Shown piece after piece: positions 26,170-39,018 of a DNA stretch of 64,000 nt. The position numbers and the translations under genes were made by a program. A model generated the notes under the pieces. That model saw only the letters and a list, made by a program, of their open reading frames with translations, had not been told where the DNA came from and did no database searches. Where the stretch lies: NCBI RefSeq assembly GCF_022045235.1, contig NW_027266266.1, forward strand, positions 1,550,001-1,614,000. The letters run 5' to 3'. The DNA is from Haliotis cracherodii (taxonomy: Eukaryota). Every line of letters starts with the position of its first letter. Position 1 is the stretch's first letter.

Positions 26170-26809
26170 GTCAGTATAGTTTTCTCATTTAGAGAATGTA
26201 AGAATTTCTGTTCAGTCCTGTTTCACAAAGTCCTATGTTTAATTATGGGAGCTATAGCACTATTACAGCCCTAGTATGTACATGTGTTATACATGTGAAT
26301 ATTGTGTATAAGAGTGCTCTGTACTGACTCTGCAATTTTGTCCTCGCCCACCGATCAGTGATTGCTAAGGGTCATATCTTCAAAGGTATGTTTTTAACAT
26401 CAAACCAAGCAAGAGCTGTTTTATGACTGGTATTGTTAGGTATCACTGAATTTGTAATATTACTCTTGGACTCTATGCATTACAAAATGAAAAGCTTTAA
26501 TTGAATTCTTTGGTAAATAAAGATCTGTGGATTAATAAAATGCACGGTGACCATATGCATTCTTTTGTTTGGACAGAAGCTTCGACATCATTGGAATATG
26601 TGAATGTGTATAATATTTGTAATCCATTCTCATACAGTAAATTGTCAACTATTGTATATATATGTATATATATTGTGTATATATATATAGATGTGGTGCA
26701 ATTGGCCTGTAGGCTACATATACCAATAAACTGTCTGTCTGTCTGTCTCTGTTAATTTGTCCAATTTGATTGAAACCCCACATAAATATGTAAATGATTT
26801 CTATTACAG

Positions 26810-26894
26810 AGAAGAGCAACAAGGTGGCTTTAGAAAAGAATATTACCTGGTGTTTGTCCCTCGCAAGAGCCTCCTGTGTGAGAAGAAATTAAAG
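26810..26894 (+). CDS. VPS33A: VPS33A exon 4
   Basis: EEQQGGFRKEYYLVFVPRKSLLCEKKLK. Confidence 0.95.
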
Positions 26895-27751
26895 GTATTA
26901 CCGTACAGCTACTTCTCTTCTTGTGATATTTAAACATTGAAATGAAACAATGTAGATGATGATTACCTTGTAGCAACATCATTGATGCATTTCATTCACA
27001 AAATTTGCAAACCTCACTTTTTCTCCCTTGTCATACTGTATTATCCTGAATGATCAAGATGATAATGGTATGATTTATAAACTTAGCGCTGTTGTGCTTA
27101 ATTAAAAGTATGTATTTTAAGGTTTGTATTTGTAACAACCCAAACAAATCTTAAAAGCACTAATGAGGAAGCATGGCTTAATTGGTATGGCAGGCCAGGC
27201 CCGCAAGCTGATTGGTATCACCACCAGCAGGGTATAGAATATACGTGATTCTTTCATTAGTTGGGGGGAGACCTGTGTTGCATATATAATACCAGTATGG
27301 CTTGTGGGGGCTTGTCAAGTAACCTGGATTTAACATGAATTATATTATTTTAACATTGTAGGATATTTCCCTTTCAATTTTAGGTGAGTGAGTTCCACCA
27401 CCCCTACCTTTCCCACCACCCCCCCCCCCCCCTTTAACTTTTGTCGGTCATAGATTCGCGCATGTAGAGGTTCACTTGTACCTTAATTCAGAAATCATCT
27501 TCAAAGACACATTCACATTCAATGATAACTCGTAAAGTTGTGTCACTGTCAGAGTCGGACAGATCAGCCAATATTTTAAACAAAGAAAAGTGTTGCAACA
27601 AAGTCAGTGTAATGAGTACCGTAACATGACCAATAAATGCAACTGAACAAATAGCATGTTTCGCTCATCAGTTTCTCACCGAATATTGACCAAGAACGAA
27701 GCTATGGTAGCGAATGGGCCCAGGGTACTTGACAGTGTATGTCTGTTGCAG

Positions 27752-27856
27752 GAGATCGGAGTGTACGGGTCCTTCACCAGTGTGGAGGAGTTTAACCTGG
27801 AGCTGATACCGTTCGACTACGATCTGCTCTCAATGGAGATGGACAACACGTTTAGG
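27752..27856 (+). CDS. VPS33A: VPS33A exon 5
   Basis: EIGVYGSFTSVEEFNLELIPFDYDLLSMEMDNTFR. Confidence 0.96.
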
Positions 27857-28609
27857 GTAGGCTACCTTCCTCACAAGGGATGCAATTAGCGTTGTTGATA
27901 AATACCAACCTTGTTTTTAAGATATTTTTTTATAAATGTGAAGTTCACATGATGTACAGTTTTTCAATTGGAGAAGGGCGCTGGAATGATACGTTCTATT
28001 CATGAGCCATCATTCTAGAAACAAAGTAAACACTGTCCAATTACTCCCAGACTCCTGGACGCCGTTTGACCGTCGTAAGTCTATGTTGAAGTATGGGTGT
28101 CACGATCATCTTAATGCTACGAGTGTCATAACTTTATGTTGAAGTATGGGAGTTACAGTCGTCTCAGAGCTAACATCACTTTGTGGAACGGGTCCCTGAG
28201 GAAAGATAGGGTATTATCAACATCTGATGTTCACATAGTTAAGCTGTCAGTCTATGAAGGTTTATACTCCTATGAACTTAAAAGTGGTGCACATCAATTC
28301 TTAACTGAATAGTTAATGAAAGCAAAAGTAATGTGGATCATGTTCTTATTAATCATACTGTAATTTGTTCAGCTTATCAGCAAACACGTGACGATCCCTC
28401 AAGATGCAGCCAGCTGTATACAACATTATTAATGGCTAAATTGATCATGCTTATCATAATGTGACATCTTTGGTTTAACTTCTTTTCGCCTTGATAGACT
28501 CCTGGATGTGTGATATATGACATGCGGATTGTGAAGATCAGAATAAATAGGAAGCTCCATTGCGTAGAGAACAGTTTATGGCTTGAGTCTGGACTTATCT
28601 AGAGTTGAC

Positions 28610-28880
28610 TCTACAATACAAATGGTTTCCACAGATGTATACGGCCATTGGCTGGGTCGCATGAAGTGTGACGCTACAATACAAATGGTTTCCACAGATG
28701 TATACGGCCTTTGACTTGGTCCCATGAAGAGTGACGCTACAATACAAATGATTTCCACAGATGTATACGGCCATTGGCTGGGTCCCATGAAGAGTGACGC
28801 TACAATACAAATGATTTCCACAGATGTATACGGCCATTGGCTGGGTCCCATGAACAGTGACTGTACGGTACAAATTGTTT
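28610..28880. repeat. 63-bp tandem repeat (~4 copies) abutting the exon 6 acceptor
   Basis: Each unit contains tttccacag; the array ends ~12 nt before the ttccag acceptor. Confidence 0.9.
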
Positions 28881-28892
28881 TCACTGTTCCAG

Positions 28893-29009
28893 GACTGTTA
28901 CCTGGACAATGACTTCACCTCCATGTACTACGCGGCACAGTCGCTGATGACGCTGCAGGCGCTGTACGGGACAATACCTTACATCCATGGCAAGGGGGAC
29001 TGTGCTAAG
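28893..29009 (+). CDS. VPS33A: VPS33A exon 6
   Basis: [39 protein letters not shown]. Confidence 0.96.
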
Positions 29010-29142
29010 GTAGGTAGATATCTGTTCAAGGACATGCCACTCAAAATGTCTTATATTTGTACTGAACGCTACCTTACTGTAATGATTGGCTTTAATTTTG
29101 TATCGTGTTAGCCCAGTTTAGATGAAGTTCTCAGAAACCTTC

Positions 29143-30620
29143 AATATTTGTGTTCTGGGGGAATGAACGCAGAACACAAGGGGCACTGAGCTGTGTATAT
29201 TTGTGTTCTGGGTGAATGAATGCACAACACAAGGGGCACTGAGCTGTGTATATTTGTGCTGTAGGGGAATGGACACAGAACACAAGGGGCACTGAGCTGT
29301 ATATATTTGTGTTGTAGGGGAATGGACACAGAACACAAGGGGCACTGAGCTGTATATTTGTGTTGTAGGGGAATGGACACAGAACACAAGGGACATTGAG
29401 CCGTATATTTGTGTTGTAGGGGAATGGACACAGAACACAAGGGGCACTGAGCTGTGTATATTTGTGTTGTAGGGGAATGGACACAGAACACAAGGGACAT
29501 TGAGCTGTATATTTGTGTTGTAGGGGAATGGACACAGAACACAAGGGACACTGAGCTGTGTATATTTGTGTTGTAGGGGAATTGACACACTACACAAGGG
29601 ACACTGAGCTGTGTATATTTGTGCTGTAGGGGAATGGACACAGAACACAAGGGGCACTGAGCTGTATATATTTGTGTTGTAGGGGAATGGACACAGAACA
29701 CAAGGGGCACTGAGCTGTATATTTGTGTTGTAGGGGAATGGACACAGAACACAAGGGACATTGAGCCGTATATTTGTGTTGTAGGGGAATGGACACAGAA
29801 CACAAGGGGCACTGAGCTGTGTATATTTGTGTTGTAGGGGAATGGACACAGAACACAAGGGACATTGAGCTGTATATTTGTGTTGTAGGGGAATGGACAC
29901 AGAACACAAGGGGCACTGAGCTGTGTATATTTGTGTTGTAGGGGAATTGACACACTACACAAGGGACACTGAGCTGTGTATATTTGTGCTGTAGGGGAAT
30001 GGACACAGAACACAAGGGGCACTGAGCTGTATATATTTGTGTTGTAGGGGAATGGACACAGAACACAAGGGGCACTGAGCTGTATATTTGTGTTGTAGGG
30101 GAATGGACACAGAACACAAGGGACATTGAGCCGTATATTTGTGTTGTAGGGGAATGGACACAGAACACAAGGGGCACTGAGCTGTGTATATTTGTGTTGT
30201 AGGGGAATGGACACAGAACACAAGGGACATTGAGCTGTATATTTGTGTTGTAGGGGAATGGACACAGAACACAAGGGGCATTGAGCTGTATATTTGTGTT
30301 GTAGGGGAATGGACACAGAACACAAGGGGCACTGAGCTGTGTATATTTGTGTTGTAGGGGAATGGACACAGAGCACAAGGGGCACTGAGCTGTGTATATT
30401 TGTGTTGTAGGGGAATGGACACAGAACACAAGGAGCACTGAGCTGTGTATATTTGTGTTGTAGGGGAATGGACACAGAACACAAGGGGCACTGAGCTGTG
30501 TATATTTGTGTTGTAGGGGAATGGACACAGAACACAAGGGGCACTGAGCTGTGTATATTTGTGTTGTAGGGGAATGGACACAGAACACAAGGGACACTGA
30601 GCTGTGTATTTGTGTTTCAG
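29143..30620. repeat. 51/53-bp minisatellite (~28 copies) ending in the exon 7 acceptor
   Basis: Unit atatttgtgttgtaggggaatggacacagaacacaaggggcactgagctg(tg)t with a 365-bp higher-order period. Confidence 0.95.
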
Positions 30621-30795
30621 AATGTGGTGGACATGATGCGTCGGATGAAGGGCGAGCTGAGTGGGCGTGAACCGCAGATCACCCCCCAGATAGACAACCT
30701 CCTCATCTTGGACCGCACCGTCGACCTCCTCACTCCCCTCTTGTCACAGCTCACCTATGAAGGCCTCATTGATGAGGTGTTCGGCCTTAGTAACA
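30621..30795 (+). CDS. VPS33A: VPS33A exon 7
   Basis: NVVDMMRRM...IDNLLILDRTVDLLTPLLSQLTYEGLIDEVFG, the Sec1-family DR-D-TP-QLTYEG motif. Confidence 0.97.
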
Positions 30796-31320
30796 GTAGG
30801 TTGCTTTCCAAGCTCCTGTCTCTTTGAAAGCCTTAAACCTTGCATTTACGATATTCTTTCAAATATATGAAAGAAATGGTTTTTTTAAAAAGCGTTACGA
30901 ATACTTCAATATCAGTAAAATGTACACAAACCAGAGTGCTGTGATAAGTTTGATAACCAGCAAATAGACTTACTTTCAATTGAGACAAGTTGAATTTGGA
31001 ATGGGAGACACAACTGTATCAATTCATATGTTGTAAATCTGTCCAAAATGCCCTTGTAAGCTTCAGCTGGTATGGTGCCTTATAAGAAACATGTTATTGT
31101 GATTTGAAACCTCTTATCGTGATTAACAAATGATAATTGGTTAATTGGTTGTCTCTCTTAATCATGGATAGACTTCAAATGAAAGATGAATTTCTGAAAA
31201 TAAGGCAATGCTATCTGTTCTTGAAAATTATTCATTTTGAACTGATTTACTTCTATTGCCCTTGAGCTGTGGATTGAGCCATGCTATACAGTAGTTGCAG
31301 TGGCTGTTGTCTGATTGTAG

Positions 31321-31517
31321 CAAGTGTCAAACTGCCACCAGAGAAGTTCTCCCAGAAGAAGGAGGATGGGTCAGGGCCCTCAGATGTCCCATCTGAACCA
31401 AAGAAAATCATTCTCAACTCTGGAGATGAACTGTACGCAGATCTGAGAGACAAGAACTTCAATGCTGTCGGTGCTATTGTCAGCCGCAAAGCTAAAGTCA
31501 TCACTGCAGAATTTGAT
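31321..31517 (+). CDS. VPS33A: VPS33A exon 8
   Basis: SVKLPPEKF...[20 protein letters not shown]...AEFD. Confidence 0.96.
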
Positions 31518-32213
31518 GTAAGCACAGCTTTAGGCTAGAATACTTGCTGGTATGTTATTATATGTGGCAGTGTCCTGGGTCTAGTGCTATACATGCAGCC
31601 CAGTCTGTCAACCATGGTATGTATGGATGCAATGATGCACGTTGAAGCAGGTTTCTTATCTTACCCAAAGACATACATTGATAGGATGGGAAGCCTGCTG
31701 TGATGCACGTTGAAGCAGGTTTCTTATCTTACCCAAAGACATACATCGATAGGATGGGAAGCCTGCTGTAATAGTCATCACTGATGTAAGACATGCTTAT
31801 TTGCAACAGCAAGGGGTCAATGATCTGCTGTGGCCGCTAAGCATCTTGGGTAATTCACTATCGTAAGACAAAGTAGCGCTGCGGTTGGATTTTTACAGAT
31901 TGCACTGCTTAGGTAGCATTTAATGCACTAATTTAAGAATTGTAATTACTTAGAATGTGTGAGAAAGCTATCATGTTTTAGTGATTTAACGGTTATCCTT
32001 GGCTAAATTCCTTGTTGATCTATATTTTATATCTACCTTTTCGGGGTACATTCATTCATTTCAGAAACTCATTGCTTCTTGCCAGATAAGCAAATTACCT
32101 CAAATGTTCCAACTAATTATTCAGTAGGTTATATGAAATTTGTACACTGATTGTGAGTGGGCTACATGGAGACTGATTGCCCTCACAGACTTCTTTGTTT
32201 TTTTGTGTGACAG

Positions 32214-32304
32214 GAGCGACACAGTGCAAAGACAGTGGGAGAGATGAAACAGTTTGTGTCTAAACTGCCCCACCTCCAGGCCGCCCGGCAGTCCCTGGCC
32301 ACAC
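32214..32304 (+). CDS. VPS33A: VPS33A exon 9
   Basis: [30 protein letters not shown]; gtgagt donor. Confidence 0.96.
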
Positions 32305-35262
32305 GTGAGTAGTGTCCCCTGCCCCTACAAGCCACTAGTGAGTAGTCTCCCCTGCCCCTACTGTCACTAGTGAGTAGTGACCCCCCAGCACCTACTGGTC
32401 ACTAGTGAGTAGTGACCCCCCAGCCCCTACTGGTCACTAGTGAGTAGTGACCCCCCCAGCCCCTACTGGTCACTAGTGAGTAGCCACTCCCCAGCCCTTA
32501 CTGGTCACTAGTGAGTAGCCACTCCCCAACCCTTACTGGTCACTAGTGAGTAGTGACCCCCCAGCCCCTACTGATCACTAGTGAGTAGCCACTCCCCTAC
32601 CCTCACTGGTCACTAGTGAGTAGCCACTCCCCGACCCTTACAGGTCACTAGTGAGTAGTGACCCCCCTGCCCCTACTGTCACTAGTGAGTAGTCACTCCC
32701 CGACCCTTACTGGTCACTAGTGAGTAGTGACCCCCCCTGCCCCTACTGTCACTAGTGAGTAGTCACTCCCCCGCCCCTACTGGTCACTAGTGAGTAGTGA
32801 CCCCCCAGCCCCTACTGGTCACTAGTGAGTAGCCACTCCCCGACCGTTACTGGTCACTAGTGAGTAGTGACCCCCCTGCCCCTACTGGTCACTAGTGAGT
32901 AGTCACTCCCCCTCCCCTACTGGCCACTAATGAGTAGTGACCCCCCTGCCCTTATTGGTCACTAGTGAGTAGTGACCCCCCTGCCCCTACTGGTCACTAG
33001 TGAGTAGTTACTCCCCTGCCCCTACTGGTCACAAGTGAGTAGTGACTCCCCCGCCCCTACTGGTCACTCATGTGAGTAATCACTCTCCCGCCCCTACTGG
33101 CCACTAATGTGAGTAGTCACACACAACCACCCACCCCCCCACCCACCCCCTACTGGTCACTCATGTGAGTAGTGACCCCCCTGCCCCTACTGGTCACTAG
33201 TGAGTAGTTACTCCCCTGCCCCTACTGGTCACTAGTGAGTAGTGACCCCCCCCGCCCCTACTGGTCACTCGTGTGAGTAGTCACTCCCCCGCCCCTACTG
33301 GCCACTCATGTGAGTAGTCACTCCCCCGCCCCTACTGGCCACTCATGTGAGTAGTGACCCCCCGCCCCTACTGGCCACTCATGTGAGTAGTGACCCCCCG
33401 CCCCTACTGGTCACTCATGTGAGTAGTGACCCCCCTGCCCCTACTGGTCACTCGTGTGAGTAGTCACTCCCCCGCCCCTACTGGCCACTGAGAGTAGTGA
33501 CCACCCCGCCCCTACTGGCCACTAGTGAGTTGTCACTCCCCCGCCCCTACTGGCCACTCATGTGAGTAGTCACTCCCCCGCCCCTACTGGTCACTCATGT
33601 GAGTAGTCACTCCCCCGCTCCTACTGGCCACTCATGTGAGTAGTCACTCCCCCGCCCCTACTACTGGTCACCTCATGTGAGTAGTCACTCCCCTGCCCCT
33701 ACTGATCACTAGTGAGTAGCCACTCCCCGACCCTCACTGGTCACTAGTGAGTAGTGACCCCCCAGCCCCTACTGGTCACTAGTGAGTAGCCACTCCCCGA
33801 CCCTTACTGGTCACTAGTGAGTAGTGACCCCCCTGCCCCTACTGGTCACTCGTGAGTAGTCACTCCCCCGCCCCTACTGGTCACTAATGAGTAGTGACCC
33901 CCCTGCCCTTATTGGTCACTAGTGAGTAGTGACCCCCCTGCCCCTACTGGTCACTAGTGAGTAGTTACTCCCCTGCCCCTACTGGTCACAAGTGAGTAGT
34001 GACCCCCCCGCCCCTACTGGTCACTAGTGAGTAGTCACTCCCCCGCCCCTACTACTGGTCACTCGTGTGAGTAATCACTCCCCCGCCCCTACTACTGGCC
34101 ACTAGTGAGTTGTCACTCCCCCGCCCCTACTGGTCACTCATGTGAGTAATCACTCCCCCGCCCCTACTGGCCACTCATGTGAGTAGTCACTCCCCCGCCC
34201 CTACTGGTCACTCATGTGAGTAGCCACTCCCCCGCCCCTACTGGTCACTCGTGTGAGTAGTCACTCCCCCTCCCCTACTGGTCACTCATGTGAGTAGTGA
34301 CCCCCCTGCCCCTACTGGTCACTAGTGAGTAGTTACTCCCCTGCCCCTACTGGTCACTAGTGAGTAGTGACCCCCCCGCCCCTACTGGTCACTCGTGTGA
34401 GTAGTCACTCCCCCGCCCCTACTGGCCACTCATGTGAGTAGTCACTCCCCCGCCCCTACTGGCCACTCATGCGAGTAGTGACCCCCCACCCCTACTGGCC
34501 ACTCATGTGAGTAGTGACCCCCCTGCCCCTACTGGTCACTAGTGAGTAGTTACTCCCCTGCCCCTACTGGTCACTAGTGAGTAGTGACCCCCCTGCCCCT
34601 ACTGGTCACTCGTATGAGTAGTCACTCCCCCGCCCCTACTGGCCACTCGTGTGAGTAGTCACTCCCCCGCCCCTACTGGCCACTAGTGAGTAGTCACTCC
34701 CCTGCCCCTACTGGTCACTCATGTGAGTAGCCACTCCCCCGCCCCTACTGGTCACTCGTGTGAGTAGTCACTCCCCCGCCCCTACTGGTCACTATTGAGT
34801 AGTCACTCCCCTGCCCCTACTGGTCACTCATGTGAGTAGCCACTCCCCCGCCCCTACTGGTCACTCGTGTGAGTAGTCACTCCCCCGCCCCTACTGGTCA
34901 CTCGTGTGAGTAGTCACTTCCCCGCCCCTACTGGTCACTCGTGTGAGTAGTCACTCCCCCGCCCCTACTGGTCACTCATGTGATTAGTCACTCCCCCGCC
35001 CCTACTGGCCACTCATGTGAGTAGTCACTCCCCTGCCCCTACTGGTCACTAGTGAGTAGCCACTCCCCTGCCCCTACTGGTCACTCATGTGAGTAGCCAC
35101 TCCCCCGCCCCTACTGGTCACTCGTGAGTAGTCATTCTCCAGGCCTACTGGTCACTCATGTGAGTAGTCACTCCCCGCCCCTACTGGTCACTCATGTGAG
35201 TAGTCACTCCCCCGCCCCTACTGGTCACTCGTGAGTAGTCATTCTCAAGGGCTACTGGCCAC
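32295..35262. repeat. 35-37-bp minisatellite (~80 copies) built from the exon 9 donor
   Basis: Unit gtgagtagtcactcccccgcccctactggtcacta. The first unit overlaps the exon end ctggccacac|gtgagtag. Confidence 0.95.
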
Positions 35263-35577
35263 TGTAACATTTGGTACAAATATTCCAATGCATGCATGAC
35301 TTTCTGTTACCATTCATTACAAGTGTGTTGACTGCATACTCTCTTCTATGTCTGGCGACAGTATAAGTGAATCTCTGCTACATGAAGCAATGCATCTGAG
35401 AATGAAAGTCAAGTCATTACAGGTATGGTTGAGTAATCAATCATTCAATCCCAGTGCATACATTATTAGTTGTAGCAGTATCACAAGGGTATATATATTG
35501 TTTGAAGCAACACGCATTAAGTTTTATACCACAAGCCGGAGCAATTATTCTTGCTGACATGTTAAAATCTGCCATTG

Positions 35578-35712
35578 CAGTGATAGAAGCTAACAATTTC
35601 AGTCCACTAGCCCTGATAATGATAACATATAGCTAAACCCTTAAAAAGGGCAAATATCTACTAGTCCTTATGACACCTTAACTGTTGGGCAGTTTGCCAA
35701 TTATTAACGCTG
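35578..35712. mobile_element. MITE, second copy of the 15475-15630 family
   Basis: Shared internal sequence gtccactagc...ataatgataacatatagc...atatctactagtcctta. Confidence 0.65.
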
Positions 35713-36146
35713 CATTGTAAAAGAATTAAATAAATTTAAAGATTAATAGAAAACTACTGTTAGATTCAGCCGAGATTAACTTGTGCTGTGTCACGTGACT
35801 TTCATTGACTCATAAACAATGTGGAACCTTTGGCTTCGTAGCAGGGTATAAGGGATATAGTCTCCTGCTCAGAAATACATGTGCACCCTGTTTTCTTCAT
35901 GCCAGCATATAATTGATTTATTCTCCTGCTCTCCCTCAGGCAGGATACACAGATACTTGAACCAATCAGATCCCACCATTCCGACATGGAGATAAGATAA
36001 ATGGACATATAGACATGTATTACATAAGGGAGATAACAATCAAGCCTTAGTAGACTGGTGTTGTCAAGCAATGGCAACACAGGTGACCTCAGGGAGTAGT
36101 GACAGTCCATGCTGTTCTGTTGAATGTCATGTGCTTGTTTCTCCAG

Positions 36147-36221
36147 ATACTTCCATCGCTGAGTTGATCAAGGAAGCGACGGACCAGGACGAGTTCATGG
36201 ACTCCCTCCGCTGTCAGCAAG
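36147..36221 (+). CDS. VPS33A: VPS33A exon 10
   Basis: (H)TSIAELIKEATDQDEFMDSLRCQQ. Confidence 0.95.
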
Positions 36222-36611
36222 GTACGACACCAGCACGAGATTCAGTAGCTCACCTGCTCAGCACAGTCGGGTTGTTACAAAAAGGCAATAAATAAACCTG
36301 GGTAATTTGTGTGGCTGTATGGAAAACTGAATTTAATGGCTTTATTTAATGGTACAGTGTTCTCCTGATGTTTAAGTTTAAATGTTTTATTTCCATATTG
36401 TATTTGTCTTTGATACATAGTAGGTGCCACTGTTTGTCATTGTGCCTAAATGTACTGGATCATTGCTTGATCAGTCTTTTCAGTCTTTTACAACTGTGAC
36501 AACAGGGATATAGCTATAGTATTGCTGACTATCCGTTTGCTGACACTAGTGTGACATTGGAGGCAGTATGTTCAGGAAGTAGTTGTGTTATGTGAATGAT
36601 ATATTCAACAG

Positions 36612-36691
36612 AATTTATTAATGGCATGGAAACCGACAAAGTCCACCCCTACATTGAAGACGCCATAGCCAAGCAGGAAGTCCTGACTAAG
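36612..36691 (+). CDS. VPS33A: VPS33A exon 11
   Basis: (E)FINGMETDKVHPYIEDAIAKQEVLTK. Confidence 0.95.
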
Positions 36692-37050
36692 GTAAACGGT
36701 TTACAACAATTTCCTAAATTTTATTTGCTCAGACAATAAAATTGTGTCATTATTTAGGATAGTATATTATCTTAGAATAAACCCCTTAAGTTCTATTTAA
36801 GAACGCCTAGCAGATTCATACTGATCAGTTATGTGTGTGTTGTATTGCAATTACATCTCTCAATATCAATAGTTATTGCAATAGTTGTTTCCAATAGTTA
36901 TTGATATCGCAATAGTCTTTTGGGCTCAATAGTCACCCCTAGTGTTGAGTGAGTGCAGTTTAGTGTCAGTATCACAGTGGTAGTGTAGCCTCCCCCTTAT
37001 AACATGGTCATGCTGATCCCAGATTAGTAGTGTGTGTTGAGTGAGTGCAG

Positions 37051-37718
37051 TAGACCATTCCTTTAACCTGTGGAATATTCCTTAAACTTGTAGACTATTC
37101 CTTAAACATGTAGACTATTCCTTTATCCTGTGGAATATTCCTTAAACTTGTAGACTATTCCTTTAACCTGTAGACTATTACTTAAATTTGTAGACTATTC
37201 CTTAAACATGTAGACTATTCCTTTAACCTGTAGACTATTACTTAAACTTGTAGACTATTCCTTTAACCTGTAGAATATTCCTTAAACATGTAGACTATTC
37301 CTTTAACCTGTAGAATATTCCTTAAACATGTAGACTATTCCTTTAACCTGTAGAATATTCCTTAAACATGTAGACTATTCCTTTAACCTGTAGACTATTC
37401 CTTAAACATGTAGACTATTCCTTTAACCTGTAGAATATTCCTTAAACTTGTAGACTATTCCTTGAACATGTAGACTATTCCTTAAACTTGTAGACTATTC
37501 CTTGAACATGTAGACTATTCCTTAAACTTGTAGACTATTCCTTAAACATGTAGACTATTCCTTAAACTTGTAAACTATTCCTTAAACATGTAGACTATTC
37601 ATTAAAACTTGTAGACTATTCCTTAAACATGTAGACTATTCATTAAAACTTGTAGACTATTCCTTAAACATGTAGACTATTCCTTAAACTTGTAAAATAT
37701 TCCTTTAGCCTGTAAACT
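37051..37718. repeat. 20-bp minisatellite (~33 copies)
   Basis: Unit tagactattccttaaacatg. Confidence 0.95.
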
Positions 37719-37781
37719 GAACTCACTTACTGTAGACTTCCAGCAGGACTGATGGTGATGTGTCGTGTGGAATGTTTGCAG

Positions 37782-37868
37782 GTACTGAGGCTGATCTGTA
37801 TCCAGTCTTTCTGCAACGATGGACTGAAGCCAAAAGTTCTTGACTTCTACAAGAGGGAAATAGTCCAG
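37782..37868 (+). CDS. VPS33A: VPS33A exon 12
   Basis: [29 protein letters not shown]. Confidence 0.96.
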
Positions 37869-38416
37869 GTAGGAAGCAACACTTGACTTCTACAAGAGGG
37901 AAATAGTCCAGGTAGGAACCAGTACTTGACTTCTACAAGAAGGAAATAGTCCAGGTAGGAACCAGTACTTGACTTCTACAAGACGGAAATAGTCCAGGTA
38001 GGATCCAGTACTTCTACAAGAGGGAAATAGTCCAGGTAGGAACCAATACTTGACTTCTACAAGAGGGAAATAGTCCAGGTAGGAACCAGTACTTGACTTC
38101 TACAAGAGGGAAATAGTCCCGGTAGGAACCAGTACTTGACTTCTACAAGAGGGAAATAGTCCAGGTAGGATCCAGTACTTGACTTCTACAAGACGGAAAT
38201 AGTCCAGGTAGGAACCAATACTTGACTTCTACAAGACGGAAATAGTCCAGGTAGGAACCAATACTTGACTTCTACAAGAGGGAAATAGTCCAGGTAGGAA
38301 CCAGTACTTGACTTCTACAAGAAGGAAATAGTCCAGGTAGGAACCAGTGCTTGACTTCTACAAGAGGGAAATAGTCCAGGTAGGAAGCAACCCTTGACTT
38401 CTACAAGAGGGAAATA
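37839..38416 (+). repeat. 43-bp tandem repeat (~13.5 copies) of the last 30 nt of exon 12 plus its donor
   Basis: Unit cttgacttctacaagagggaaatagtccag|gtaggaaccagta. Confidence 0.97.
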
Positions 38417-38886
38417 ATACTGATATCAATGCAGTGTTTGATATTCAGGACAAATTTCATGGAGTGTCAAAGTCATGGAGACATGAAACCCTGCATGGAT
38501 GACAACTTCTCTACTGTTTGTACATTTGGGGCTACCTTGTTCTCATCCATCTTTACGTTTCATGTCTTCAAATGTCAGGTGGTCATGTTTAACTGTCATG
38601 TGCAGTATTTAACGTTGTAAAATCTACACCCATTGAACTCAGTACCTCCTTAATTTGAATCACTGTCAATACATGAATGACTGAAGAAAGTGAGTTATAT
38701 AATGAATCGGTGGGACAAGTTTCCTTTGGAGGCCATCCTATTGAAATGTGAAACAGACAATGCCCTATCATTACTACCAGAATGGGTTCTGTGTTGGTGA
38801 CATTATGTGTCTTAATTACTTTTCTACTATGCTGTTATTATATCGAGCTTCAGTTGATTCTATCTGTTTTTTTGTTTCTTCACCAG

Positions 38887-39018
38887 ACGTATGGGTTCGA
38901 GCACATGTTGACTTTGATGAACCTGGAGAAAACAGGGCTGCTTCGTCCCCATGGCAACCGTACATACACAGTAATCAGGAAGTCACTGAAGCTGATAGTA
39001 GAGGATGTCAGTGAACAG
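38887..39018 (+). CDS. VPS33A: VPS33A exon 13
   Basis: [19 protein letters not shown]...[18 protein letters not shown]. Confidence 0.96.

Noticed and set aside
29118-30597. Minus-strand ORFs up to 467 aa
   Set aside because: All three frames are open because the repeat lacks stops on that strand; intronic and antisense to VPS33A.
31633-31768. 68-bp two-copy tandem duplication
   Set aside because: Ordinary local duplication, not at a splice site.
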